Source of the DNA: a bacterium
Lineage (GTDB): Bacteria; Eisenbacteria; RBG-16-71-46
Direction: 5' to 3'
Assembly: GCA_043779265.1 (NCBI GenBank)
Contig: JAYWEM010000128.1
Coordinates: forward strand, 1 to 62,310
DNA length: 62,310 nucleotides
Position numbers and translations under genes: made by a program. Each line of letters opens with the position of its first letter. Within the stretch, counting starts at the first letter, position 1. Positions 19,456 through 28,974 of this stretch are shown here, piece by piece. The notes under the pieces are model-generated. The model was not told the DNA's origin. It saw only the letters and a list, made by a program, of their open reading frames with translations, and did not search any database.

Positions 19456-22400
19456 ATGTTCGATTGGATGATCGCGTTCTCGCTCAGGCGCCGTGTTCTG
19501 GTGCTGTGTGCGGCGCTCGGCCTGGTCCTGTACGGCTCGTGGGTCGTGCCGCGCATGCCGATCGACGTGTTCCCGGACCTCAATCGGCCCACGGTCACGG
19601 TGATGACCGAGGCGCACGGATTGTCGCCCGAGGAAGTCGAGTTGTTGGTCACCGTCCCGCTCGAACAGGCTCTGCTCGGGGCCGCCGGCGTGCAGCGCGT
19701 GCGTGCGACGAGCGGCATCGGGTTGAGTGTGATCGCCGTGGAGTTCGGTTGGGAGTCCGAGGTCGCGCTCGCGCGCCAGACGGTCGCCGAACGCCTCGCA
19801 CTGGCACGCGACCAGATCCCCGCGGGCCTGATCCCGGCGATGGGACCGGTCACCTCGATCATGGGCGAGATCCTGTTGCTCGGAATCGAGAGCGACTCCA
19901 CGATGACCGCCCCCGAGTTGAGGCGATTCGCCGACTACACACTGCGGCCGCGCCTGCTGTCGGTGCCCGGTGTGTCACAGGTGATCGCGATGGGCGGCGG
20001 CGTCGAGCAGGTGCACATCGAAGCCGATCCATCGCGCATGGCCGCTCTGGGGGTGACGCTCGAGGATGTCGCCAAGGCGGTCGAGGGCTCGAATGCGGAC
20101 AGCCGAGGCGGCGCGCTCGAGACCCAGGGCCGCGAGTGGCTGGTGCGGTCGATGGGACGCATCGAGCGACCCGAGGAACTGCTGTCGGCCGCGGTCGCGA
20201 CACGAGACGGTCTGCCGGTGCCCCTGTCGCAGGTGGCCGACGTCCGCATGGGCATCCAGCCGCTGCGCGGGACAGCCGGCGTCGATGGTCGACCGGCGGT
20301 CATCCTCTCGGTGCAGAAACAGCCGCATCAGAGCACGGTCTCGCTGACGCAGGAGATCGAGCATCTGATCGACGACCTCCGCCCGACGCTGCCCAAGGGC
20401 ATGAAGGTGCAGCCGATCTTCGTGCAGTCGCGCTTCATCGAGGCGGCGGTCAAGAACGTCGAGCACGCGCTGCGGGACGGCGCGATCCTGGTCGTGATCG
20501 TGCTGCTCTTGTTCCTGCTCAACTGGCGCACCACGTTCATCACGCTGACGGCGATTCCGCTGTCGTTCCTGACGGCACTGCTCGTGCTGCGGGCGATGGG
20601 CGCGAACATCGACACCATGGTGCTCGGTGGGATCGCGATCGCCATCGGCGAACTGGTCGATGATGCCATCGTCGATGTCGAGAACGTGTTCCGGCGACTG
20701 AGGGAGAATCGAACCGCCCAGGACCCCAAGCCGCCGCTGCAGGTCGTGCTGAGCGCCTCGCGTGAGGTGCGTAACGCGATCGTCTACTCGACCATCCTCG
20801 TCGTGCTCGTGTTCATCCCGCTCTTCGCGCTGGGCGGCATCGAGGGGCGGCTGTTCCGCCCGCTCGGCATCGCCTACGTCGTCAGCATCCTCGCTTCGTT
20901 CTTCGTGAGCCTCACGGTCACGCCGGCGCTGTGTGCCTGGCTGTTGCCGTCCGATCGCAGCCGCAGCGCGATCGACGAGACGAAGTTCGTGCGCGCGCTC
21001 AAGCGCATCGATCGGCGCTGGCTCGAGTCCACGCTGACTCGGCCGTGGCCGATCTTCGCGGTGGCGACGGTGCTGGTGCTCGCGGCGATCGCGGCACTGC
21101 CGTTCCTCGGCCGTGAGTTCCTGCCGCCGTTCAATGAAGGGACCGTCACGGTCGGCGTGCAGGCGCGGCCCGGGATCTCGCTCACCGAGTCGACGCGTCT
21201 CGGGGCGCTGGCCGAGCAGCTGCTCCATCAGGTGCCCGAGGTGACGTCGACCGGGCGGCGCACGGGCCGAGCCGAACGCGATGAGCACGCCGAGGGCGTG
21301 CACAGCAGCGAGATCGAGGTCGATCTCGCCGAGTCGAAGCGCTCGCGCGCCGAGATCCTCGCCGACTTGCGGCAGCGGCTGTCCGCGATCCCCGGCGTCT
21401 CGGTGAGCGTCGGCCAGCCGATCTCGCACCGACTCGATCACCTGCTCTCGGGTGTGCGGGCGCAGGTCGCGGTCAAGATCTCGGGGCCGGATCTCGCGGT
21501 CCTGCGGGCGCATGCGGCCGAGGTGGCCGACGTCATGGCGGCGGTGCCGGGGTTCGTCGATCTCCAGGTCGAGGCGCAGGCGGTCGTGCCGCAGTTGAAG
21601 GTCACGCCCGACCGCGCGGCGCTCGCCCGCTACGGCGTCACCGCGGAGGCGCTCGCCGAAGTGGTCGAGACCGCGGTGCAGGGGCACGCCGTGACGCAGT
21701 GGGTGGATGGGCCACGCCGCGTCGACGTCGTGCTGCGATTCGATGAGGCGGCGAGGCGGGACCCCGAGGCGATACGTGCGACCCGCGTGCAGACGTCCGA
21801 TGGCCGCGCGGTGCCGCTCTCGATGCTGGCGCAGGTCACGACCTCGTCGGGCCCCAACCAGATCGTCCGCGAGGACGGCGAGCGGCGCATCGTCGTGGCG
21901 GCCAACGTGGCGGGCCGCGACCTCGGCAGCACGGTGGATGAACTGCGACGCCGACTCGGCAACGAGTTGAGACTCCCGCCGGGCTATGCGCTGACGCTCG
22001 GCGGACAGTTCGAGAGTCAGGAGGCCGCGACCAAGTGGATCGCGTTCCTCGGGACGCTCTCGATACTCGGCATGCTCGTCGTGCTCATCTTGTACTACGG
22101 CTCGGTGATGCTGGCGCTGCAGGTCCTGATCAACATCCCGCTGGCGTTGATCGGCGCTGTGGCGGCGCTGGCGCTGACCGGCGGCACGCTGTCGGTCGCC
22201 TCGCTCGTCGGGTTCGTGACGCTCACGGGCATCGCCACCCGCAACACGATCCTGATGGTGTCGCACTACCTGCATCTCATGCACGAGGAGAAGATGCCGT
22301 TCGGGCGCGAACTGGTCGTGCGCGGCTCTCTCGAGCGACTCGTGCCGGTGCTGATGACCGCCGGCACGGCGATCCTCGCGCTGATGCCGCTTGCCTGGGC

Positions 22401-22581
22401 GCCCGGTGTGCCGGGCAAGGAGATCCTGCACCCGGTGGCGATCGTCATCCTGGGCGGCCTCGTGAGTTCGACGTTGCTCGACATGCTGGTCACGCCAGCG
22501 GTGTTCCTGAAGTTCGGTCAGAGGGCAGCGGAGGCGCACGCGCGCCGCGCCTCGAAGGTGGAAGAGGAGGGACTTCGATGA
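19456..22581 (+). CDS. Heavy-metal efflux RND permease (CusA/CzcA family)
   Basis: 1041 aa; IDVFPDL, AIGELVDDAIVDVEN, ERLVPVLMTA, GGLVSST. Confidence 0.93.
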   Translation: MFDWMIAFSLRRRVLVLCAALGLVLYGSWVVPRMPIDVFPDLNRPTVTVMTEAHGLSPEEVELLVTVPLEQALLGAAGVQRVRATSGIGLSVIAVEFGWESEVALARQTVAERLALARDQIPAGLIPAMGPVTSIMGEILLLGIESDSTMTAPELRRFADYTLRPRLLSVPGVSQVIAMGGGVEQVHIEADPSRMAALGVTLEDVAKAVEGSNADSRGGALETQGREWLVRSMGRIERPEELLSAAVATRDGLPVPLSQVADVRMGIQPLRGTAGVDGRPAVILSVQKQPHQSTVSLTQEIEHLIDDLRPTLPKGMKVQPIFVQSRFIEAAVKNVEHALRDGAILVVIVLLLFLLNWRTTFITLTAIPLSFLTALLVLRAMGANIDTMVLGGIAIAIGELVDDAIVDVENVFRRLRENRTAQDPKPPLQVVLSASREVRNAIVYSTILVVLVFIPLFALGGIEGRLFRPLGIAYVVSILASFFVSLTVTPALCAWLLPSDRSRSAIDETKFVRALKRIDRRWLESTLTRPWPIFAVATVLVLAAIAALPFLGREFLPPFNEGTVTVGVQARPGISLTESTRLGALAEQLLHQVPEVTSTGRRTGRAERDEHAEGVHSSEIEVDLAESKRSRAEILADLRQRLSAIPGVSVSVGQPISHRLDHLLSGVRAQVAVKISGPDLAVLRAHAAEVADVMAAVPGFVDLQVEAQAVVPQLKVTPDRAALARYGVTAEALAEVVETAVQGHAVTQWVDGPRRVDVVLRFDEAARRDPEAIRATRVQTSDGRAVPLSMLAQVTTSSGPNQIVREDGERRIVVAANVAGRDLGSTVDELRRRLGNELRLPPGYALTLGGQFESQEAATKWIAFLGTLSILGMLVVLILYYGSVMLALQVLINIPLALIGAVAALALTGGTLSVASLVGFVTLTGIATRNTILMVSHYLHLMHEEKMPFGRELVVRGSLERLVPVLMTAGTAILALMPLAWAPGVPGKEILHPVAIVILGGLVSSTLLDMLVTPAVFLKFGQRAAEAHARRASKVEEEGLR

Positions 22582-23384
22582 GACGACTCGCATTCCTCGC
22601 GCTGTTGGCGCTCGCGCTGGGCGCCTGCGGCAAGGCCGTGGACAAGAGCAGAACCTCCGCCACCCCGGGGACCATGGGTCCGGAGGCGCCTGTTGATTCG
22701 GCCTCGACGGCCGCGCCGATCGACCAGCGCGCCACTGCGCTGGCCGAGATCGAGGCCGAGCGTCTACGAGTGCAACAGGCGCTCGAGCGCGGTTCGCTCG
22801 ATGAGGCGCCGATGCCCGCGTATCGGTTGCGGGATCTGACGCGGGCATTCGCCTCGAAGGCGGCCGGCCTCTCGGCTTCGGACTCGCGCGCGCTCGCGTC
22901 GGCCTCCACGACGATCGGCACCGCCACGCTCGCGCTGGAGAAGGCGGCGACGCGAGGCGATATGGGCACCGCTCGCGAACGATTCGCCGAAGTGCAGGCC
23001 GCGCTGACGAGCTTCACCGGCGTCGCCGGACGGGCCAAGGTGAGCTGGATCGAGGCCGCGATGGAATCCCGCACGGTGCGCCTGCACGGCGAGATCATCG
23101 ACCCGCAGTGTTACTTCACGCACGATGGCCGCGGCGCCGATCACGCGTCGTGCGCCATCTTCTGCGCCCGGGGCGGTCAGGACCTCGCGTTCCTCGACGA
23201 GTCCGACGGGCGTGTCTACCCTCTCATCGCCGCCGCGCACGGCATGGACCCCAACCACGGCCTCTACCCGCACGTCGGGAAGGCTGTGAACATGGAGGGC
23301 GTTCTGTTCCGACGGGGCGCCACCGCTTTCCTTCTCATTCAACGGATCGACGGCCGTGAGGTCGTCTCATCGGAGGGATCATGA
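22578..23384 (+). CDS. Lipoprotein with putative metal-binding C-terminal domain
   Basis: Lipobox LGAC after MRRLAFLALLALA; GEIIDPQCY...HASCAIFC motif; GAGGAGG RBS. Confidence 0.7.
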   Translation: MRRLAFLALLALALGACGKAVDKSRTSATPGTMGPEAPVDSASTAAPIDQRATALAEIEAERLRVQQALERGSLDEAPMPAYRLRDLTRAFASKAAGLSASDSRALASASTTIGTATLALEKAATRGDMGTARERFAEVQAALTSFTGVAGRAKVSWIEAAMESRTVRLHGEIIDPQCYFTHDGRGADHASCAIFCARGGQDLAFLDESDGRVYPLIAAAHGMDPNHGLYPHVGKAVNMEGVLFRRGATAFLLIQRIDGREVVSSEGS

Positions 23385-23722
23385 ATCGCATTCGTTCCAT
23401 TTGGGCAGTTCTCGCACTCGCATTCCTCGTCACGGCCGGTTGCGCCGGCTCCAGCGGTCCTCGCGAGATCGCCGTCTCGGCCAACGCCAACGGCTTCGAG
23501 CCGGCGGTGATCGACGTGAAGCAGGGCGAGACCGTCGTGCTGGTCATGACGCGCACCGAGGACGGCACCTGCGCGACCGAAGCCCACTTCGAGGAACTCG
23601 GCCGCAAGGTGGATCTGCCGCTCAACGAGACGCAGCGCATCGAGATCCCGACCACGAACAAGGGCACGTTGCACTACGCATGCGCCATGAACATGTGGAA
23701 GGGCGAAGTCCGCGTGAACTAG
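23381..23722 (+). CDS. Cupredoxin domain lipoprotein (CupA-like)
   Basis: Lipobox TAGC; GFEPAVI, CATE, YACAMNMWKG copper ligand pattern. Confidence 0.85.
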   Translation: MNRIRSIWAVLALAFLVTAGCAGSSGPREIAVSANANGFEPAVIDVKQGETVVLVMTRTEDGTCATEAHFEELGRKVDLPLNETQRIEIPTTNKGTLHYACAMNMWKGEVRVN

Positions 23723-23792
23723 CCGCGCCGTGGCCGAACGGTCCCCACCGGTCCCGCTCGTCGCGGGCCGGCCGGGGTGCGTCGCCAAGGCC

Positions 23793-24620
23793 TCAGGCCA
23801 ATCCCCAGTCCTCGAGTTCGTCCTCGTCGAGGCCCAGCAGGTGGCCGACCTCGTGCTGCACCGTGATGCGGATCTCGCGTGCGAGATCCTCGCGGTCGGT
23901 GCAGGCGCGCAGCAGATTGCGTCGGAACAGATGGATCGAGCCCGGCACCTCGGGCGGTGCGCCTGAACTCTCGGCGAACAGATGATGACCCACGAACAGG
24001 CCCAGTAGATCCGGCGTCAGTGGAGGGCGGTCCTCGGTGAGCATGCTCTCGGTCGGCAGGTCCTGAACCACGACCGGCACCTCATCGAGCTTCGCGCGGA
24101 TCCGCTTCGGCAGCTCGGCCAGGCTCTTCTCGACCAGCGCATCGAAGTCCTCGCTGCTCACATCCAGCGGTTGCGGGAACTGCTCGGGGTCGAGCGCCTC
24201 GGCCTTCTCGCTGGCTTCCACAGCCTCGGAGCCGCGGCCGAGGAACTCGAGCGCGCGTGACAGCAGGTCCCATGCCTGTGCGTACCCCGGCACGATCGCC
24301 ACGGCGCGTTGCGCGTCGGCGCACGAGTCGGTGAATCGCACCAGATCGTAGTGCGCCGACGCACGGAGGAAGAAGAACTCCGAGGGGTCCGCTCCACGCT
24401 CGGCACCCTTCAGCGTCTCGAGCGCCTGCTCGGGCTCACCCTCTTCGAGGGAGAGGGTCGCATCGAGGATGCGGAGATCCGGCTGGCCGGGGCGTTTACG
24501 CACGAGCGCCGACACCGAGAGTCGGGCGGATTCGAGTTCACCCTCCTCCATGAGGTCGTGAACTCGCTCGACCTCGGCCCATTCGGTCTCACTGAGCGAG
24601 TCATACGGGGAGTGGGTCAT
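23793..24620 (-). CDS. TPR + Zincin_1 (DUF1025) metallopeptidase family protein
   Basis: N-terminal TPR-like helices; PDLLGLF, IHLFRRNL, TVQHEVGHLLGLDEDEL (HExxH). Confidence 0.85.
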   Translation of the reverse strand: MTHSPYDSLSETEWAEVERVHDLMEEGELESARLSVSALVRKRPGQPDLRILDATLSLEEGEPEQALETLKGAERGADPSEFFFLRASAHYDLVRFTDSCADAQRAVAIVPGYAQAWDLLSRALEFLGRGSEAVEASEKAEALDPEQFPQPLDVSSEDFDALVEKSLAELPKRIRAKLDEVPVVVQDLPTESMLTEDRPPLTPDLLGLFVGHHLFAESSGAPPEVPGSIHLFRRNLLRACTDREDLAREIRITVQHEVGHLLGLDEDELEDWGLA

Positions 24621-24778
24621 GTGGTGTGGAAGGTAGCCGGACTGAACCAGCGGGGCCAATGCGGGGACGACCGCGGCAAGGTCGATTCAGGCTGGTCGCT
24701 CGTGAGGCAGACGGGCTAGTGTTCCGCTGCTGTCCTGTCGTCTCCCCGATCCACCCCGAGAATCCTCGAGGCTCCGCC

Positions 24779-27229
24779 ATGATCCGACCCCTGCTCTCAC
24801 TCGTGGCCGCCGCGCTCCTCCTTGCGGGCGCCGCCTCCGCCCAGGACGCGACCTATCGCACGCCGCCCGCCGCGATCGCGGACATCCTGACCGCGCCCCG
24901 CTTGGCTCGCACGGCACCCGATCTCTCGCCCGATGGCGAGCGGATCCTGCAACCCGACCAGCGCTCGCTGATCCCGCTGGAGACGCTGGCCGAACCCTTC
25001 GAGCGGCTCGCGGGGCTCGAAGTGCTGCCGCGGCTGCGCGCGACGAGGTCGGCGCTCAAGGCCGCCTACGGCGGACTCACGATCATCCGAGTCAGCGATG
25101 CGCGCAGCGTGCGCGCCCAGCTCCCCGAGGGGGCCCAGGTCGGTGCGACCGCGTGGTCGAATCGAGGCGATCGCATCGCGTGCGCCCTGTTCGCCGAGGG
25201 AGGCGCCGAGCTGTGGATCGTGGAGGCCGCCAGCGGCAAGGCCAAGCGCGTCGACGGAGTGAAGTTGCACGGTGTGCCGCGCCTCGCGCTCGAGTTCTCG
25301 AGTGACGACAAGGCGGTCTTCACGATGCTCGTCGCCGAGGGCCTGGCCTCGCGCCGCGAGTCGAGCCGCGTCCCCAAGGGTCCCGCGGTGCGCGTGAGCG
25401 CCGGACGAGCAGCGCCCCAGCGGACCGCGCGCGATGTCCTCAAGACCCCCGAGGACCAGGCGGCGTTCGAGCAGGGCGTGCGGGCGCAGTTGGCACGCGT
25501 TCCGATCTCGGGTGGTGAGCCGCGGCTGCTGGGAGCGCCCTCGATGATCGCGAGTTGGGTCGTCTCACCGGACGAGCGCGTCGTGCTCGTCGAACGCGCC
25601 ACGTCGACGAGTCTCGGCTATCCGAGCTGGTTCTTCCCCAGCGCGGTCGAGCTGTGGTCCACCGACGGCCGCGCCACGATCACGATCGGCACGGCGCCGC
25701 TCAATGAACGCAGTGCGATCGCCAGCGTCGCCAGCCTCGGGCCGCGCTTGCCACGGTTCTCGCCCGATGGTCGCGGTCTGCTGTGGGCCGATTGGCAGGA
25801 CACCGGCGGCGCGAATCCGTTGGCCGCCGTGCTCGACACGACGCTGGGCGTTCCCGGCCGCGATCGCCTGCTCTGGCTCGAGGCCCCCTTCACCGGCGCG
25901 CCTCGCGAGCTGACCACGGCCGAGTGGCCGGTCCGTGACCTCCAGTTCACGCAGGACGGCCGCGTGCTCGTTCAAGAGACCTATCCGCCTCGTCGCGCGG
26001 AGCGTGAATCGTGGTTCGCACTGAGCGCGCCCGCCGAGCGCACGACGCTCGTCCTGCGATCGACCGAGGGCGTCTATGACGGCCCGGGTCGCGCCATGAC
26101 CACGAGCGGTCGGCACATGCGCGTGGTGTGGGTCACGCCCGATGGCCGCTCGTTCTACCGCGCCGGTCTCGGGCACGGTCCCAAGGGCCAGCGACCCTTC
26201 CTCGACCGCGTCGGATTCGACGGCCGCAGCCGCGAGCGCGTGTTCGAGAGTGCGACGACGCAGCTCGAGCAGGTCACGCACCTGCTCGCCGCCGATGGCC
26301 GCCGGTTCCTCACGCTGAGGCAGACCTCCACCCAGCCGCCCAATCACTTCCTGCGCCGCAGTGGCGAATCGCACGGGCTCGCACTGACCGCGTTCACCGA
26401 TCCCGCCAAGGCGCTCACCTCGGCGCAGCGCCGAAAGTTCACGTTCACGCGAGAAGACGGCGTGACGCTGAACGCCGAGGTCGTGCTGCCAACGGATTGG
26501 AAGCAGGGGCAGCGCCTGCCGACGGTGTTCTGGATCTATCCGAACGACTTCCGTTCGGCGGTGGCGGCCTCCGAGAACCGTGGCTCACCGCACCAGTTCC
26601 CGTCCCAGAGCCCGCTCAACCCCGAGGTGCTGGTGACCCAGGGTTACGCCGTCGTGCGCCCGGACCTGGCGATCGTCGGCGGCAACGACCAGTTCGTCAG
26701 CGAACTGCAGAAATCGGCCAAGGCGGCAGTCGAGGAGTGCGTGCGGCAGGGATTCACCGATCGCGATCGGATCGGCGTCGGCGGGCACAGTTACGGCGCG
26801 TTCTCGACCGCCAACTGCCTCGCGCACACGCGGCTGTTCCGGGCCGGAGTGGCGAGCGACGGGGCCTACAACCGCACGCTGACCCCGTTCACGTTCCAGA
26901 TGGAGACCCGCAGTCTGTGGGATGCGACCGAGACCTATCTGGCGATGTCGCCGTTCATGCACGCGAACCAGATCGAGTCGCCGCTGCTGCTCTTGCACAA
27001 TCAGGACGACGCCAACGTCGGAACGCATCCGATCCAGTCGGATCGGCTGTTCGATGCGCTCAACGGCCTCGGCAAGACGACGCAGTTGATCCAGTACCCT
27101 TATGAGGACCACACCCCGGCGGCACGCGAAACCGTGCTCGACTGTTGGGCTCGCGCCACCGAGTGGTTCGACCGATACGTCAAGCGGGCCGTGGGTTCAG
27201 GCGCCTCGGAGAACGCAGCCCGCCCATGA
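24779..27229 (+). CDS. S9 family (prolyl oligopeptidase-like) serine peptidase, exported
   Basis: Signal peptide; GGHSYGAF nucleophile, GAYNRTLTPF, DDANVGT, PYEDH. Confidence 0.88.
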   Translation: MIRPLLSLVAAALLLAGAASAQDATYRTPPAAIADILTAPRLARTAPDLSPDGERILQPDQRSLIPLETLAEPFERLAGLEVLPRLRATRSALKAAYGGLTIIRVSDARSVRAQLPEGAQVGATAWSNRGDRIACALFAEGGAELWIVEAASGKAKRVDGVKLHGVPRLALEFSSDDKAVFTMLVAEGLASRRESSRVPKGPAVRVSAGRAAPQRTARDVLKTPEDQAAFEQGVRAQLARVPISGGEPRLLGAPSMIASWVVSPDERVVLVERATSTSLGYPSWFFPSAVELWSTDGRATITIGTAPLNERSAIASVASLGPRLPRFSPDGRGLLWADWQDTGGANPLAAVLDTTLGVPGRDRLLWLEAPFTGAPRELTTAEWPVRDLQFTQDGRVLVQETYPPRRAERESWFALSAPAERTTLVLRSTEGVYDGPGRAMTTSGRHMRVVWVTPDGRSFYRAGLGHGPKGQRPFLDRVGFDGRSRERVFESATTQLEQVTHLLAADGRRFLTLRQTSTQPPNHFLRRSGESHGLALTAFTDPAKALTSAQRRKFTFTREDGVTLNAEVVLPTDWKQGQRLPTVFWIYPNDFRSAVAASENRGSPHQFPSQSPLNPEVLVTQGYAVVRPDLAIVGGNDQFVSELQKSAKAAVEECVRQGFTDRDRIGVGGHSYGAFSTANCLAHTRLFRAGVASDGAYNRTLTPFTFQMETRSLWDATETYLAMSPFMHANQIESPLLLLHNQDDANVGTHPIQSDRLFDALNGLGKTTQLIQYPYEDHTPAARETVLDCWARATEWFDRYVKRAVGSGASENAARP

Positions 27230-27270
27230 TTTACCCCTGATGGGATCTGCGGGCCGCACAAGGGCTTGTC

Positions 27271-27300
27271 TTGACCCCCGGGAACCCGGCTCCGTAGACT
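27271..27300 (+). promoter_or_regulatory. Putative sigma70 promoter of the selenoprotein gene
   Basis: TTGACC-N18-TAGACT, 55 nt upstream of ATG 27356, which is preceded by GGAGA. Confidence 0.55.
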
Positions 27301-27355
27301 CCCCGCTCACCCCGTTCCACCGGCACCAGCCTGCTCGCACGGAGATATCGCTTCC

Positions 27356-28789
27356 ATGAAGGCACTTGCCACCCGCGTACTCGCGGCCGCCGCGCTCGCC
27401 ATTGTCTGTGTCATGGCGCTCGTTGCCGCCACATCGCCCAGCAAGCTCCAGGAGCCCGACAAGCTGATCATCCTCTCCACGGTCGACGTGAAGGGGAAGA
27501 CCAGCCCTTGTGGTTGAAACACGCCCAAGGGGGGCCTCGCCCGGCGGGCGAGTTTCGCAGATAGCGTGAAGGCCGCGTACGGCCAGGTGCTCCTGGTCGA
27601 TGCGGGGGGATTCTTCCCTGAGCCGGCCGACTATGAGGACGCAGCCTGGTTCCTCATGGACGGCATGATGCTGCTCGGAGTCGATGCCGTCGGGTTGGGC
27701 GAGAAGGAGTTGCGCTACGGCAAGAGCTTCCTGCTCAGCCACCTCAAGCGCTCCAAGCTGCCGATCGTGTGCGCCAACGTCACCGACAAGTTCACCAAGA
27801 AGCCGCTGGTCGCGCCCCACATGATCAAGAAGGTGGGCACGGTCAAGGTCGGGCTGTTCGGCCTGATGAGCGACAAGGTGGATGCGGGTCCCTCGCGCGA
27901 CTCGATCGTGGTCGAGGAGCCGACGGCCGCTGCAACCCGCGCCGTGGCCGCGCTCAAGAAGCAGGGCGCCACGGTGATCGTGCTGCTGTCGCAGCTCGGC
28001 AAGGTCGAGAGCGAGGATGTGGTCACCGCCGTCGATGGCATCGACGTCGTGATCGTCGGCCGCAATGTGCCGCTGCTCCAGAAGGGCCGCATGATCCGCA
28101 ACACGATCGCCTGCTACGGCGGCGAGCAGGGCCAGTACATGGGCCGCACCCAGGTGAACCTGACCGCGGCGCGCAAGATGGAGTCGGCCGAGAACGAGAC
28201 CTACGTGCTCGGGCCCGAAGTGGGTGAGCATCCCGAGATCCTCGCCCTGGTCAAGAGCTTCGAGGACAGCTTCAACGACAAGCTGCGCAAGAAGGAGAAG
28301 GAGCGTGCGGCCGAGCAGGCGGTGCTCACGGGACAGACCGGCCTCGAGGCCGAGCACTTCCTCGGCGGCGATGTCTGCGCCCGCTGCCACACCTCCGAGG
28401 CGACGCAGTGGAAGACCACGGCCCACGCGAGGGCCTGGGAGACGCTGGTCGACAACAAGGTGGATGCGCGTCCGGATTGCATCCCCTGCCACGTCGTCGG
28501 CTACCAGCAGTCGGGTGGCTTCAAGACGGGCGACGATGCCGCGCGGCTCGGCGACGTGCAGTGCGAGAACTGCCACGGTATGGGCACGCAGCACGACTCC
28601 TATCCGACCCAGGCTCGCCGGATCACGGAGGAGACGTGCCAGACGTGTCATAACAGCACGACAAGCCCGTCGTTCGATTTCGCGATCTACCAGCCGCACA
28701 TCGTGCACACGCCGGTCGCGAATCTCCGGCCGCTGCCGATCACGCCCAACAAGAAGGCGAAGATGCTGGACATGGGCAAGGGGCGCTGA
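27356..28789 (+). CDS. Candidate selenoprotein: UshA/5'-nucleotidase-like domain (CGU motif) fused to tetraheme cytochrome c, 477 aa with Sec at codon 54
   Basis: ATG 27356 is in frame with ORF 27566..28789; a single TGA (27515..27517) lies in KTSPCG*NTPKGGLARRA; signal peptide; CARCH, CIPCH, CENCH, CQTCH. Confidence 0.8.
27536..27552 (+). promoter_or_regulatory. Putative bacterial SECIS hairpin
   Basis: CTCGCCC-GGC-GGGCGAG perfect 7-bp stem; G-starting loop begins 25 nt after the UGA. Confidence 0.6.
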
Positions 28790-28806
28790 CGCGCCTCGCC
28801 GTCGCA

Positions 28807-28847
28807 CCGAGAGCCCCCGCGCGATCCACTCGCGCGGGGGCTCTCGG
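28807..28847. terminator. 18-bp perfect inverted repeat (terminator or RNA-stabilising hairpin)
   Basis: CCGAGAGCCCCCGCGCGA-tccac-TCGCGCGGGGGCTCTCGG just after the selenoprotein stop; weak U tail. Confidence 0.65.
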
Positions 28848-28851
28848 CGTC

Positions 28852-28881
28852 TTGACGGCGCTTCGCGCCGCCGCCTAAGTT
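28852..28881 (+). promoter_or_regulatory. Putative sigma70 promoter for the cystathionine operon
   Basis: TTGACG-N18-TAAGTT. Confidence 0.4.
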
Positions 28882-28974
28882 GGCCGCTGGCCCAGAGCAT
28901 GCGGCCCCGCCGTGGTCCCGCGGGGCGCGCCGGCCGCTTCCTTCCGCGTCCCACTCCTGCTCTGAGGTGCCCGC

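Noticed and set aside
19975-22848. Very long antisense/alternative ORFs (e.g. 957 aa here, 845 aa at 11711..14248, 779 aa at 13824..16163, 5' half of 48239..50575)
   Set aside because: Shadow ORFs of well-supported genes in high-GC DNA, Arg/Ala-rich with no recognisable motifs.
27566-28789. ORF-track start at GTG 27566 for the cytochrome gene
   Set aside because: It lacks an RBS and the signal peptide needed for c-type heme maturation, and it cuts the domain. The upstream in-frame ATG 27356 explains all of these.
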